Shown: positions 9,817-18,927 of the stretch, piece by piece
Numbering within the stretch: position 1 is the stretch's first letter
Layout of the letters: each line of letters begins with the position of its first letter
Source: Draconibacterium sp.
GTDB taxonomy: Bacteria; Bacteroidota; Bacteroidia; Bacteroidales; Prolixibacteraceae
Direction: 5' to 3'
Assembly: GCA_041546215.1 (NCBI GenBank)
Contig: JBFEWU010000001.1
Span: forward strand, 1,056 to 65,055
Length of the DNA: 64,000 bases
Position numbers and translations under genes: made by a program
The notes under the pieces: generated by a model
What the model saw: the letters and a program-made list of their open reading frames with translations, nothing else
What the model was told of the DNA's origin: nothing
Database searches by the model: none

Positions 9817-10986
9817 ATGAAAACATACAACTTCGATGAGATAGTGCAGCGCGAAGGAACAAACTGCCTGAAATACGATGCAACTGAAATTTACTTTAAA
9901 GCAAAAGACCTGCTGCCGCTTTGGGTTGCCGACATGGATTTTAAAACTCCCGATTTTATTGTTGATGCCATTAAAAAAAGGGTGGAACACGAAATTTATG
10001 GTTACACCTTTAGAGCCGATTCATATTACGACGCGATTATTGGCTGGATGAAACGCAGGCACGACTGGCAAGTACAAAAGGAATGGATTTCTTTTAGCCC
10101 GGGTGTTGTGGCAGGTTTGAGTTTTGCCATCGAAACTTTCTCGAAACCAGGCGATGGTGTAATTGTACAACCGCCGGTGTATTTCCCGTTTTTCGACTGT
10201 GTTAAGGGCACCAAACGTAAAATGATTGAGAATCCTCTTAAAATTGTGAACGGGCGTTACACTTTCGATTTGGAAGACTTAAAAGCCAGTATTGACAACA
10301 ATACCAAACTTCTACTGCTCTGTAATCCGCAAAATCCGGGCGGTATGGTATGGACCCGTGAAGAATTGGAGGCATTAGCAAATATCTGTTTAGAACATAA
10401 TATCATGATCATCTCGGATGAAATTCATTCGGATCTGATTTTTGAAGGTCAAAAACATATTCCACTGGCAAGTATCTCGGAAGAGCTTGCCAGTAAGTGT
10501 GTAGTTTTAATGGCACCCAGCAAAACATTTAATGTGGCCGGGCTGGCATCGTCGTTGGTAATTATTCCCAACAAAGTCAATTTTGCACGCTACGAACGCA
10601 CCATTAGTGTGGGGCATTTCGGTATGGGAAATATTTTTGGTTCCATAGCCCTGGAAGCGGCCTATACAAATGGCGATAACTGGCTGGGACAAATGCTCAG
10701 TTATCTTTGGGAAAACTACTTGCTGGTTGAAGGTTTTATGAAAAACAAACTTCCACGCGTTAAGGTAATGAGGCCCGAAGCCACTTACCTGGTTTGGATG
10801 GACTTTAGCGACTATGGAATGAAGAATGATGAGCTCATGTCCCAGCTGCTTGAAAAGGCAAAAGTTGCCCTTAACGACGGTGGACGATTCGGCAAGGGAG
10901 GCGATGGTTGGCTACGTATTAATATTGGATGCCCTCGAAGCATTCTGCAACAAGCACTGGAAAGACTGGAAAAGGCTTTTGGCTAA
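9817..10986 (+). CDS. patB: MalY/PatB-family PLP-dependent cystathionine beta-lyase/aminotransferase
   Basis: LWVADMDF, CNPQNP, SDEIHSD, PLP lysine in SKTFN; ATG at 9817 preferred over TTG at 9769. Confidence 0.9.
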   Translation: MKTYNFDEIVQREGTNCLKYDATEIYFKAKDLLPLWVADMDFKTPDFIVDAIKKRVEHEIYGYTFRADSYYDAIIGWMKRRHDWQVQKEWISFSPGVVAGLSFAIETFSKPGDGVIVQPPVYFPFFDCVKGTKRKMIENPLKIVNGRYTFDLEDLKASIDNNTKLLLLCNPQNPGGMVWTREELEALANICLEHNIMIISDEIHSDLIFEGQKHIPLASISEELASKCVVLMAPSKTFNVAGLASSLVIIPNKVNFARYERTISVGHFGMGNIFGSIALEAAYTNGDNWLGQMLSYLWENYLLVEGFMKNKLPRVKVMRPEATYLVWMDFSDYGMKNDELMSQLLEKAKVALNDGGRFGKGGDGWLRINIGCPRSILQQALERLEKAFG

Positions 10987-11039
10987 AAAAGTTGCTTAAT
11001 CCGGGCATAAATGCCAGGGTCGGGCAAGCAGATCATCAA

Positions 11040-11591
11040 TTATTTTACTTTCCCCGGATTCTTTTTTACAAAGTCGGACCAGTTTTTATATTCCTTCGAT
11101 TTTTGAGGTTTATTCAATTGAATAAAATGACAAATGGCTACGGCAACAGCGTCGGTTTCATCCAGTGCCTTATCCATATCTTTCAAATTATACACCTTTT
11201 GCAGGAAATAAGCCACCTGTTCTTTTGATGCACGCCCCATTCCGGTTATGGCTTGTTTAACCAACAGCGGGGCATATTCATGAATGGGCACATCGTGCAT
11301 CAGAGCAGCAGCCATTAAAACTCCCTGTCCTCTACCCAGTTTCAGCATCGACTGCACATTTTTACCATAGAAAGGTGCTTCTATGGCCATTACATCGGGT
11401 TTGTATTCTTCCACCAAATGCAAGGCCCGCTGGTGCAGGTATTTTAAGCGCATGTAATGATCTGAATATTTTTTAGGTGTAATGTTTCCCATGTGCAATA
11501 TCACCGGCTTTTTATCCCTGATTTCCACCAGGCCATAACCGGTAACTGTTGTTCCGGGATCGATCCCCAATATACGTAATGGTTTATTCAT
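11040..11591 (-). CDS. ruvC: Holliday junction resolvase RuvC
   Basis: ILGIDPG, AIEAPFY, DETDAVAVA catalytic motifs. Confidence 0.97.
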   Translation of the reverse strand: MNKPLRILGIDPGTTVTGYGLVEIRDKKPVILHMGNITPKKYSDHYMRLKYLHQRALHLVEEYKPDVMAIEAPFYGKNVQSMLKLGRGQGVLMAAALMHDVPIHEYAPLLVKQAITGMGRASKEQVAYFLQKVYNLKDMDKALDETDAVAVAICHFIQLNKPQKSKEYKNWSDFVKKNPGKVK

Positions 11592-11648
11592 GCTAAACAA
11601 CGATTGGATTTTAGTGGCTTGTACCGGTACCCTGAAGCAAAATGTTTC

Positions 11649-12542
11649 TTACTTCTCATTTCTCTCCCTCCGGTCTGATTGTTGCACAAAAATTCCGGCA
11701 ATAATAAATACAAGCCCGATAAAAGTAGTGATGTATATGTTTTCCTTCAAAATAAAGTGGATAAAAATTAATGAAACAAAGGGGGCCAGAAAAACCAAAT
11801 TTCCGATTCTCGCATTATTCGTGCTCAGCTCCATGGCCTTAAGCCATAAAACATAGGTTATTCCGGCTTCAAATAAACCCACATATACGATCGCCCAAAA
11901 GCCATTGCCGGGTTCCAGCTTATAATCGGAGAACAGGACCATGACCAGAGAGAGATAAATAACGCCAAAACTAAAGTTTGTAAAAAGTTTCACCACCTGG
12001 TCGCGCCTGTCGCGCACATTATAAATCCAATACAAAGCCCAGGCAACAGAACTGCCAACTGCCAGAAAAACTCCCAGACCATTGGTTTTTTTAAATCCTT
12101 CCAGGCCACCTTGAGAGGAAATAAACACTACTCCGGTGAAGCTAATACTGAGTGCCAATACACTTTTCCAGCTCAATCTCTGTTTTAGCAAAGGCACCGA
12201 GAACAGGGCCAGTGTTATGGGCCAAACCATATTTAAAGGTTGTGCAAGCTGAGCCGGCAACAACGAGTAGGCTTTAAACAACACCAGGTAATAAACCAGC
12301 GGATTTAAGGCTCCCAAAAAGGCAGAATTAAGAATTTGCTTTTTCGTTTGCTTGCCCAAAAGGTAAACTTTTCCCTGAACCAACAGGAAAATAAAAAGAA
12401 CAGCCAGGCTTACAAGGGATGAGTAAAAAATGAGTTGAATAAAATCGTATTCACGAAGTGCAATTTTAAAGGCACTTGCCACCGTTGACCAGAAAAAAAC
12501 TGCCAAAGCGGCAAAGAAGTATGACTTTGAATTGTTCGACAT
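11649..12542 (-). CDS. DMT/EamA-family transporter
   Basis: About 10 TM helices in two EamA repeats; start placed at MSNNSK. Confidence 0.88.
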   Translation of the reverse strand: MSNNSKSYFFAALAVFFWSTVASAFKIALREYDFIQLIFYSSLVSLAVLFIFLLVQGKVYLLGKQTKKQILNSAFLGALNPLVYYLVLFKAYSLLPAQLAQPLNMVWPITLALFSVPLLKQRLSWKSVLALSISFTGVVFISSQGGLEGFKKTNGLGVFLAVGSSVAWALYWIYNVRDRRDQVVKLFTNFSFGVIYLSLVMVLFSDYKLEPGNGFWAIVYVGLFEAGITYVLWLKAMELSTNNARIGNLVFLAPFVSLIFIHFILKENIYITTFIGLVFIIAGIFVQQSDRRERNEK

Positions 12543-12679
12543 AAATGACTGTAATCGAGCCCAAAATACGAATTCCAAATTCCAAACAAGCTATGATAAT
12601 CAAATTTTTAAACCTTCTGATTTTGACAATGAATACTTTCCATTACTGAATATTATCGTGATCAGTGAGAGATGAAAGA

Positions 12680-14569
12680 TCAGAACTCTGTGTTTTCAAT
12701 GGCCCGCATAAAAAGTCCTTCTTTTCCTTCGGGCTCTTTATCGGGAAAAATCTTTCGTAATTCACGGTACTTGTTGCGCGACTCTTCAATAAAAACACTC
12801 CCCGGATACATGCTTAGCATTTGTTTGTACAATTCTTTGGCCTTTTCTTTTTCGTCCAGGTAGTAATGGTAAATCTCAGCCAACATGTATAAGGCATCGT
12901 CACCAAGCAATTCGTAACTAAAGTCGGTGGTAATGGTTTCGAGGTATTGCGCAGCCAGGGCATAATTTTGTTTTTCCGTCTCAATTTTAGCTTTTCGAAA
13001 AAGAATATCATCAACCAGCGTGTGGTAGGGGTATATATCAGCTATTGAATCTAAAACTGCCATGGCTTCACCATCGCGATTTTGGAAAAACAGCAAATCG
13101 GCACTGGCAAACATTTGCAAGGGAACCGCAGTGGTATCCAAATTGAGGTTATTTCCGATCATCATCGAAAGTTCCATGGCATCGTTGGCCGTAAGTTTCG
13201 AAGTACTGGCTTTTAATACATCCAGTTGTGCTTTTGCCCAGCTGAAATTCCCCATATAATAACCCAGCCTGGCTTTTTTCAGTTTCACCTCATCGCCAAG
13301 CGCGTTCTTTTTATTGGCATCAATTACCTGCGAATAAATGAGCATGGCCTCCCAGGGATCATCCGCATAAACATATATATCTGCTTTTTCGCTTTTCAAA
13401 ACGCCAATTTGTTCCGGCTTTAAATTAGGGATTTTTAAACCTCTCTGTAATATCTCAATCGCCTCATCGGCATCGTTTAAATAAAAGGCCTTTAAATGGG
13501 CATATTCCTGAATTAAATTTAAAGTTGCCGGCCCATATGCCAAATATTCCAATCCAAGATTGAAATTTCCCGCCAGTTCGAGAGCTTTCTCTTTATCGCC
13601 GGGAAACTCAGTAACAAAGTGTAAATACGAAGCATGAATATTTCGCGCATAAGCCTGTGGATAATACGGACTGTCTTCTCCCTGATCCATTAAATATTTA
13701 AATGCCTTTTTTGCTTCGATGAATTGTTTGTTGTATAATGCCATATTCCCCAATGCGGCAATCTGCCCGGCTTCTGCACCTGTTCTTTTGTCTAAGGCAA
13801 TGGCCTGCCTTAAAGCACCCGAAAACTTTTTCTCCTGAAGGAAAAACCAGATTAAAAGCCTGTTATACCCAATAACCTGGGGCTCTTCCTGAATTCTCCG
13901 GAGTACCTGTGTGCGGAAGTTATTGCGCAAACCATCGTCGATATCCAAACGCATGGCCGACGACAAACTACTCTCTACCCTGGCCAAATGTTTTTCATCT
14001 TGTCGCAGAAGATTGAGGTACTCTTCCATCATACTGGTATAATCGCGCAGGTACAAATTAGCACGCGCCAGTTCATAATTAAATGCTTCGCCTTCCAATC
14101 TTTCCCGTCCCTGCAAATAGGTTTGTTTCGCAAATTCGTACTCCCCCCACATCAGAAAAGCATTGGCAGTAATTATATAACTTCCCTTGTCTGGCGAAAT
14201 TTTAGCGATTGCCTCACGGTATTTTTCAGTGGCCTCTTCAATTCGTTTCTGAACCTTTAAAATCAGGCCCCAGTGCACATAGTATTCGGGCCGGGGTGTT
14301 TTTTGTTTTTTAATCTCACCTTCAATTTCCTCTTCTGCCTCTGCATATCTTTTTAATTCAACCAAACAATTTATGTAGTAGCGGAAATAGGTGCTGTTTC
14401 GCGAAAGTTTATGAACCTCCTTCAGCAACGGCAAGGCCTTTTCGTAATCTTTCGCATTGTAATATCTAATGGCAAGGCTCGACTTGGTTTGAAGCTCCGA
14501 TCTTTTTTGTTGGCCGAAACTCACATTCAAACCAAAAACCAGGATACACAGGATGAAAATATATTTCAT
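12680..14569 (-). CDS. Secreted tetratricopeptide-repeat protein
   Basis: Signal peptide MKYIFIL; multiple TPR-like helical pairs (DDILFRKA, GDDALYMLAEIY). Confidence 0.85.
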   Translation of the reverse strand: MKYIFILCILVFGLNVSFGQQKRSELQTKSSLAIRYYNAKDYEKALPLLKEVHKLSRNSTYFRYYINCLVELKRYAEAEEEIEGEIKKQKTPRPEYYVHWGLILKVQKRIEEATEKYREAIAKISPDKGSYIITANAFLMWGEYEFAKQTYLQGRERLEGEAFNYELARANLYLRDYTSMMEEYLNLLRQDEKHLARVESSLSSAMRLDIDDGLRNNFRTQVLRRIQEEPQVIGYNRLLIWFFLQEKKFSGALRQAIALDKRTGAEAGQIAALGNMALYNKQFIEAKKAFKYLMDQGEDSPYYPQAYARNIHASYLHFVTEFPGDKEKALELAGNFNLGLEYLAYGPATLNLIQEYAHLKAFYLNDADEAIEILQRGLKIPNLKPEQIGVLKSEKADIYVYADDPWEAMLIYSQVIDANKKNALGDEVKLKKARLGYYMGNFSWAKAQLDVLKASTSKLTANDAMELSMMIGNNLNLDTTAVPLQMFASADLLFFQNRDGEAMAVLDSIADIYPYHTLVDDILFRKAKIETEKQNYALAAQYLETITTDFSYELLGDDALYMLAEIYHYYLDEKEKAKELYKQMLSMYPGSVFIEESRNKYRELRKIFPDKEPEGKEGLFMRAIENTEF

Positions 14570-14789
14570 ACGATTAAAATTATTTATTGGTAAGGTATCG
14601 TATGGAACTCGCAAGTATTTTAATCATCCCCCTCCCGCTGGGCGGGACAGGTCGGGTGTAAATAGTTTTACATGCTCGTTTCATAATTAATCCAACTCCT
14701 ACAAAAATAACACAGTTCTGTGAACAATAGTTTTTTCGAAAACATTTTTACCATTTGGCAGTTAATAAATTTTACATTGAATAATAACT

Positions 14790-14797
14790 TATACATT
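14790..14797 (+). promoter_or_regulatory. Bacteroidota primary-sigma -7 element for lipA
   Basis: TACATTTG matches TAnnTTTG, about 20 nt before the lipA ATG. Confidence 0.6.
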
Positions 14798-14816
14798 TGC
14801 AAAAAAATATTTTGAT

Positions 14817-15680
14817 ATGGCTCATGAGTTGAACGGCAGGCAGCGTTTGCCGAGGTGGATGAAGATGAAAATGCCAAAAGGTGAAAGCTATTCAAAGGTG
14901 AAGAATTTAGTTGATAAACATGGTTTGCACACCATTTGCACCAGTGGCAACTGTCCCAATATTGGTGAATGCTGGAACCGTGGAACGGCAACTTTCATGA
15001 TATTGGGTAACATTTGCACACGCCGGTGTAAATTCTGTGCCGTGCCAAATGGTGTTCCGCTGTCTCCCGATCTGGAAGAGCCGGAAAAACTGGCCAAATC
15101 GGTACAAATTATGGGCGTAAAGCATTGCGTAATTACTTCGGTCGACCGCGACGATCTGGAAGACCAGGGTGCCGGCATATGGGCAGAAACCATTCGCCAG
15201 GTAAAACGCTTAAATCCAGGAACAAAAGTGGAGGTGTTAATTCCTGATTTCCGGGGAAAAGAAGAACTGATACAAAAGGTGATCGATGCAAAGCCCGATG
15301 TAATTTCACACAACCTTGAAACCACCGAGGAACGCACGCCCTTTATCCGTTTTGCAGCCAAATACCGCCGCAGCCTTGATGTGATTAAATACATTGCCGA
15401 TAATTTTGGACTTGCAAAGTCGGGGATTATGCTTGGTTTGGGCGAAACACACGAAGATGTAATCAAAACCATGGACGACCTGCTGGAAGCAGGTTGCAAG
15501 GTTATGACCATTGGACAGTACCTGGCGCCAACAAGCAAACACATGCCGGTGGTTGAATACATTGAACCCGGGAAATTTGCAGAATACCGAAAAATCGGAC
15601 TGGAAAAAGGATTTAAGTTTGTTGAAAGTTCGCCATTGGTAAGAAGTTCATACCGGGCAGAAGAACATGTAAATGCATGA
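14817..15680 (+). CDS. lipA: Lipoyl synthase
   Basis: CxxxxCxxxxxC (CTSGNCPNIGEC), radical-SAM CTRRCKFC, C-terminal RSSY. Confidence 0.98.
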   Translation: MAHELNGRQRLPRWMKMKMPKGESYSKVKNLVDKHGLHTICTSGNCPNIGECWNRGTATFMILGNICTRRCKFCAVPNGVPLSPDLEEPEKLAKSVQIMGVKHCVITSVDRDDLEDQGAGIWAETIRQVKRLNPGTKVEVLIPDFRGKEELIQKVIDAKPDVISHNLETTEERTPFIRFAAKYRRSLDVIKYIADNFGLAKSGIMLGLGETHEDVIKTMDDLLEAGCKVMTIGQYLAPTSKHMPVVEYIEPGKFAEYRKIGLEKGFKFVESSPLVRSSYRAEEHVNA

Positions 15681-15713
15681 TGCACAAACAATTGAATATT
15701 GAAAGTTGAATAC

Positions 15714-16382
15714 ATGGCAGATTTTAACTATAAGGACCTGGGATTATTGGACTATAAAGAGTGCTGGGATTACCAGGAAAGTATTTTAAAAGAAGTGTCC
15801 GATGAAAAGAGGAGTACCAATGGTCCTACCAAAAAGAATCAGTTTATTTTAGTTGAACACCCGCATGTTTATACACTTGGCAAAAGTGGCGATGAAGGAA
15901 ACTTACTTGCCGCCGGTGATTTTCTGAAGAAAATTGACGCTACTTTTTACAAAATAAACCGTGGTGGCGATATTACCTATCACGGGCCCGGCCAACTGGT
16001 GGGCTATCCCATTATCGACCTTGAATATTATAAAATTGGTGTGCGGGAGTACATTGAAAAAATGGAAGATGCCATTATCGCGTGCATTGCCGAATACGGT
16101 TTGGAAGGCGGACGAAAAGAAGGCGCAACTGGCGTGTGGCTTCAACCCGGACACAAGGTACGTGCCCGTAAAATTTGTGCCATCGGTGTGCGGGTAAGTC
16201 GTTATGTAACCATGCACGGGTTTGCCCTTAATGTAAACACCAATATGCGTTACTATAACTACATAAATCCTTGCGGGTTTGCCTCATCGGCAGTTACCTC
16301 TATTCAGCAGGAATTAGGCAGGGAAGTTTCGATGGATGAAGTAAAGAAAGTAGCGATGGATAAATTTAATTCCCTGTATTAA
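15714..16382 (+). CDS. lipB: Octanoyl transferase
   Basis: EHPHVYTLG, RGGDITYHGPGQLVGYPI, KICAIG, HGFALN; ATG at 15714. Confidence 0.97.
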   Translation: MADFNYKDLGLLDYKECWDYQESILKEVSDEKRSTNGPTKKNQFILVEHPHVYTLGKSGDEGNLLAAGDFLKKIDATFYKINRGGDITYHGPGQLVGYPIIDLEYYKIGVREYIEKMEDAIIACIAEYGLEGGRKEGATGVWLQPGHKVRARKICAIGVRVSRYVTMHGFALNVNTNMRYYNYINPCGFASSAVTSIQQELGREVSMDEVKKVAMDKFNSLY

Positions 16383-16506
16383 GGCCCTTTCATATGGAGT
16401 CAAGAATCCCCATCATCCTTTTCTAAAGCAGCAAATTAATACCCATGCATGGAGAATGGGATGCTAAACATGAGAAGAGGACAAACTAAGCAACAGCTTT
16501 TTTTCG

Positions 16507-17397
16507 TTACTTATGTCGCTCGTCGAATTCTTTAATTTTATTGATAATTACCGGCTCGGCATTGTCGTACATTTCACGAATAAAAGGATCGTTAAAAGGC
16601 ATTGTTCGTTCTTCAAAAGCCATGTCGTTTACCCGCTCAAACAAACGCTCCTTTGCTGCCTGGATATCCTTCCCGTAAATATGATATGAATCGGCATGCC
16701 AGTTCAATCGGCCTAATTTAACCGTCTTCCCGGTTTTTTCTGCAACCCCCGCCGCAATCACTTCCTTGTTGAACTGAATAAAACCAAACATATTCATAAA
16801 ACTGGCTCCCCAGGCATCGTTACTACGGAAACGGATGTTACTGTTTAACCAATAAACACCTTCCTCATCCTCCAGAATCCTGTACCAAAGCGATTGCAAA
16901 CACGGAGGATCATAAATGTTGCTATCTAAATTGGGCATCCAGGTAATCATTTGTGCCTGCCTGGTAAAAGGCTGCTCCGAAAGTTTGTTGATCACGCTTT
17001 GTATCTGATCAACTTTAAAAGGTCCAACCTCGGTCGATTCACCATCAACCAAATCATTCCAAATCCCGTAATTTTTTAACCGTCCATGGTAAGTATATTC
17101 CCAACGCGTGTCGTCCTTGTCGTTCATATTCTTTACCCAATGGTCTTTAAAACCCTTTAATTCCAGCACATATTCCTTTAAATCGTCAATGCCTCCCGGA
17201 AATGCCATGTGAATCATCGGGTCGGTTTCCGGCTCCAGGATTGTCATGTTCATGGTACAGTCGATACTAAGCGGATCGCCAGGTTTATCATACTGTGTTT
17301 TAAATCGGGTTCCTTTTCCGTAAAGATAAATTAAGGCGCTTTCATAGGTTTCGGCCAACGATTTTCCGGAGACTGTAATAACGGGAATATTCTTCAT
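16507..17397 (-). CDS. thyA: Thymidylate synthase family protein, divergent archaeal-like type
   Basis: YTYHGRL, TRQA, catalytic PPCL, RSND, Asn eight residues after Asp, HIY. Confidence 0.8.
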   Translation of the reverse strand: MKNIPVITVSGKSLAETYESALIYLYGKGTRFKTQYDKPGDPLSIDCTMNMTILEPETDPMIHMAFPGGIDDLKEYVLELKGFKDHWVKNMNDKDDTRWEYTYHGRLKNYGIWNDLVDGESTEVGPFKVDQIQSVINKLSEQPFTRQAQMITWMPNLDSNIYDPPCLQSLWYRILEDEEGVYWLNSNIRFRSNDAWGASFMNMFGFIQFNKEVIAAGVAEKTGKTVKLGRLNWHADSYHIYGKDIQAAKERLFERVNDMAFEERTMPFNDPFIREMYDNAEPVIINKIKEFDERHK

Positions 17398-17619
17398 TAC
17401 AAAGGCTTTATAGTTTTACGATTATTGAGTTTTTAAAGATAAAAATTTATACCAATGTTATGCATTCAGCATCGAAGCAAATTATTGATTTATAAAAATT
17501 CTATATAAATCTACTTTCTGAAATTTTTTAAAATGTCTTGAAAAACTTCAGAATTATTTTTGAAAACTTTATTATTTTTGAAGTCTTGAACTTGAAATTC
17601 AATTCCAAAACCAATTAAT

Positions 17620-18891
17620 ATGAATTCTAAAAATCAAACAACAAGAAGAAAATTCTTAAAAAGCGCCCTTGCAGCCGGTGCCGGAATGATGATTGTTCCG
17701 CGCCACGTACTGGGTGGAAACGGGTTTTTGGCCCCCTCTGACCAATTAACCAAAGCGATAATCGGCGTTGGAGGAATGGGGCGCGGCCATATTCCATACG
17801 AAGGCACAAAAGTAGTTGCCATTTGCGATGTCGACAAATTGCATTTGGAAAAGGCACAAAGTCTGATCGACTATAAAGTAAAACACTTTAGTGATTTTAG
17901 AGAGGTTTGTCAACTGCCCGAAGTTGATATCGTACACATTGCCACTCCACCACACTGGCACGGAATTATGGCTGTTGAAGCCGCCAAAGCCGGGAAAGAC
18001 ATTTGGTGTGAAAAACCAATGACCCGTACCATTGGAGAAGGGAAAAAAGTAGTAGAAGCTGTAAATGCTCACGGACGTATGTTCCGTTTAAATACATGGT
18101 TCCGTTTTAAAGATAATTTTTACGGATTGGGAACCGATGTAAAACCGCTGAAAAAAGTAATTGACAGTGGAATTTTAGGTTGGCCCTTAAAGGTTACCGT
18201 AAGCGGAATTACAGGTTACAACTGGAAATTCTTCTGGAGTGGAAAACACAACCTTGAGCCACAAGCTGTTCCCGAAAATCTGGATTACGACATGTGGTTG
18301 GGACCTGCACCATACAAACCCTACCACCCACACCGCGTTCACTCCAATTTCCGTGGGTACTGGGATTACGATGGTGGTGGTTTAGGCGATATGGGCCAGC
18401 ATTATCTCGATCCTGTTCAGTACATGCTGGGAAAAGACGATACCAGTCCGGTTAAAATTGAAGTGGATGCACCGCAACAACATTACGATGCAGTGGGCTC
18501 GTGGAGACGCGTAACCTACACCTATGCCGATGGTTGCCAGATTATTTTAGATGGCGAAAACAAAGACAAAGATGCAGCTTACATTGAAGGCCCGAATGGT
18601 AAAATCTACCAGGGATTCAGGTCTGACATACCGAACCTGCAAAGCTTTATTGAAACATTACCCGAGCCGGAACCACAAATTGGAATATTCTCCGAATCGG
18701 TGAAAACACGTAAGAAATTCGCCTTGAACGAAATGAATGGATTCCGTTCGGCAACCCTGGTGAACCTTGGAATTATTGCAGTTCGTCTGGGACGTACTTT
18801 AAACTTCGATCCCGAGAAACTGGAGTTCATCGACGACGAAGGTGCCAACCGACTGATTAATCAGCCCATGCGTGCACCCTGGACGATTTAA
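17620..18891 (+). CDS. Tat-exported Gfo/Idh/MocA NAD-dependent oxidoreductase
   Basis: TRRKFLK twin-arginine signal, IGVGGMG, ATPPHWH, CEKP, DMGQH. Confidence 0.92.
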   Translation: MNSKNQTTRRKFLKSALAAGAGMMIVPRHVLGGNGFLAPSDQLTKAIIGVGGMGRGHIPYEGTKVVAICDVDKLHLEKAQSLIDYKVKHFSDFREVCQLPEVDIVHIATPPHWHGIMAVEAAKAGKDIWCEKPMTRTIGEGKKVVEAVNAHGRMFRLNTWFRFKDNFYGLGTDVKPLKKVIDSGILGWPLKVTVSGITGYNWKFFWSGKHNLEPQAVPENLDYDMWLGPAPYKPYHPHRVHSNFRGYWDYDGGGLGDMGQHYLDPVQYMLGKDDTSPVKIEVDAPQQHYDAVGSWRRVTYTYADGCQIILDGENKDKDAAYIEGPNGKIYQGFRSDIPNLQSFIETLPEPEPQIGIFSESVKTRKKFALNEMNGFRSATLVNLGIIAVRLGRTLNFDPEKLEFIDDEGANRLINQPMRAPWTI

Positions 18892-18927
18892 TTTCCTGTT
18901 AATTAACGACTTTTTATTATTAAAAAA

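Noticed and set aside
16383-16506. Structured region between convergent lipB and thyA
   Set aside because: Only imperfect pairing; no promoter or recognisable RNA family
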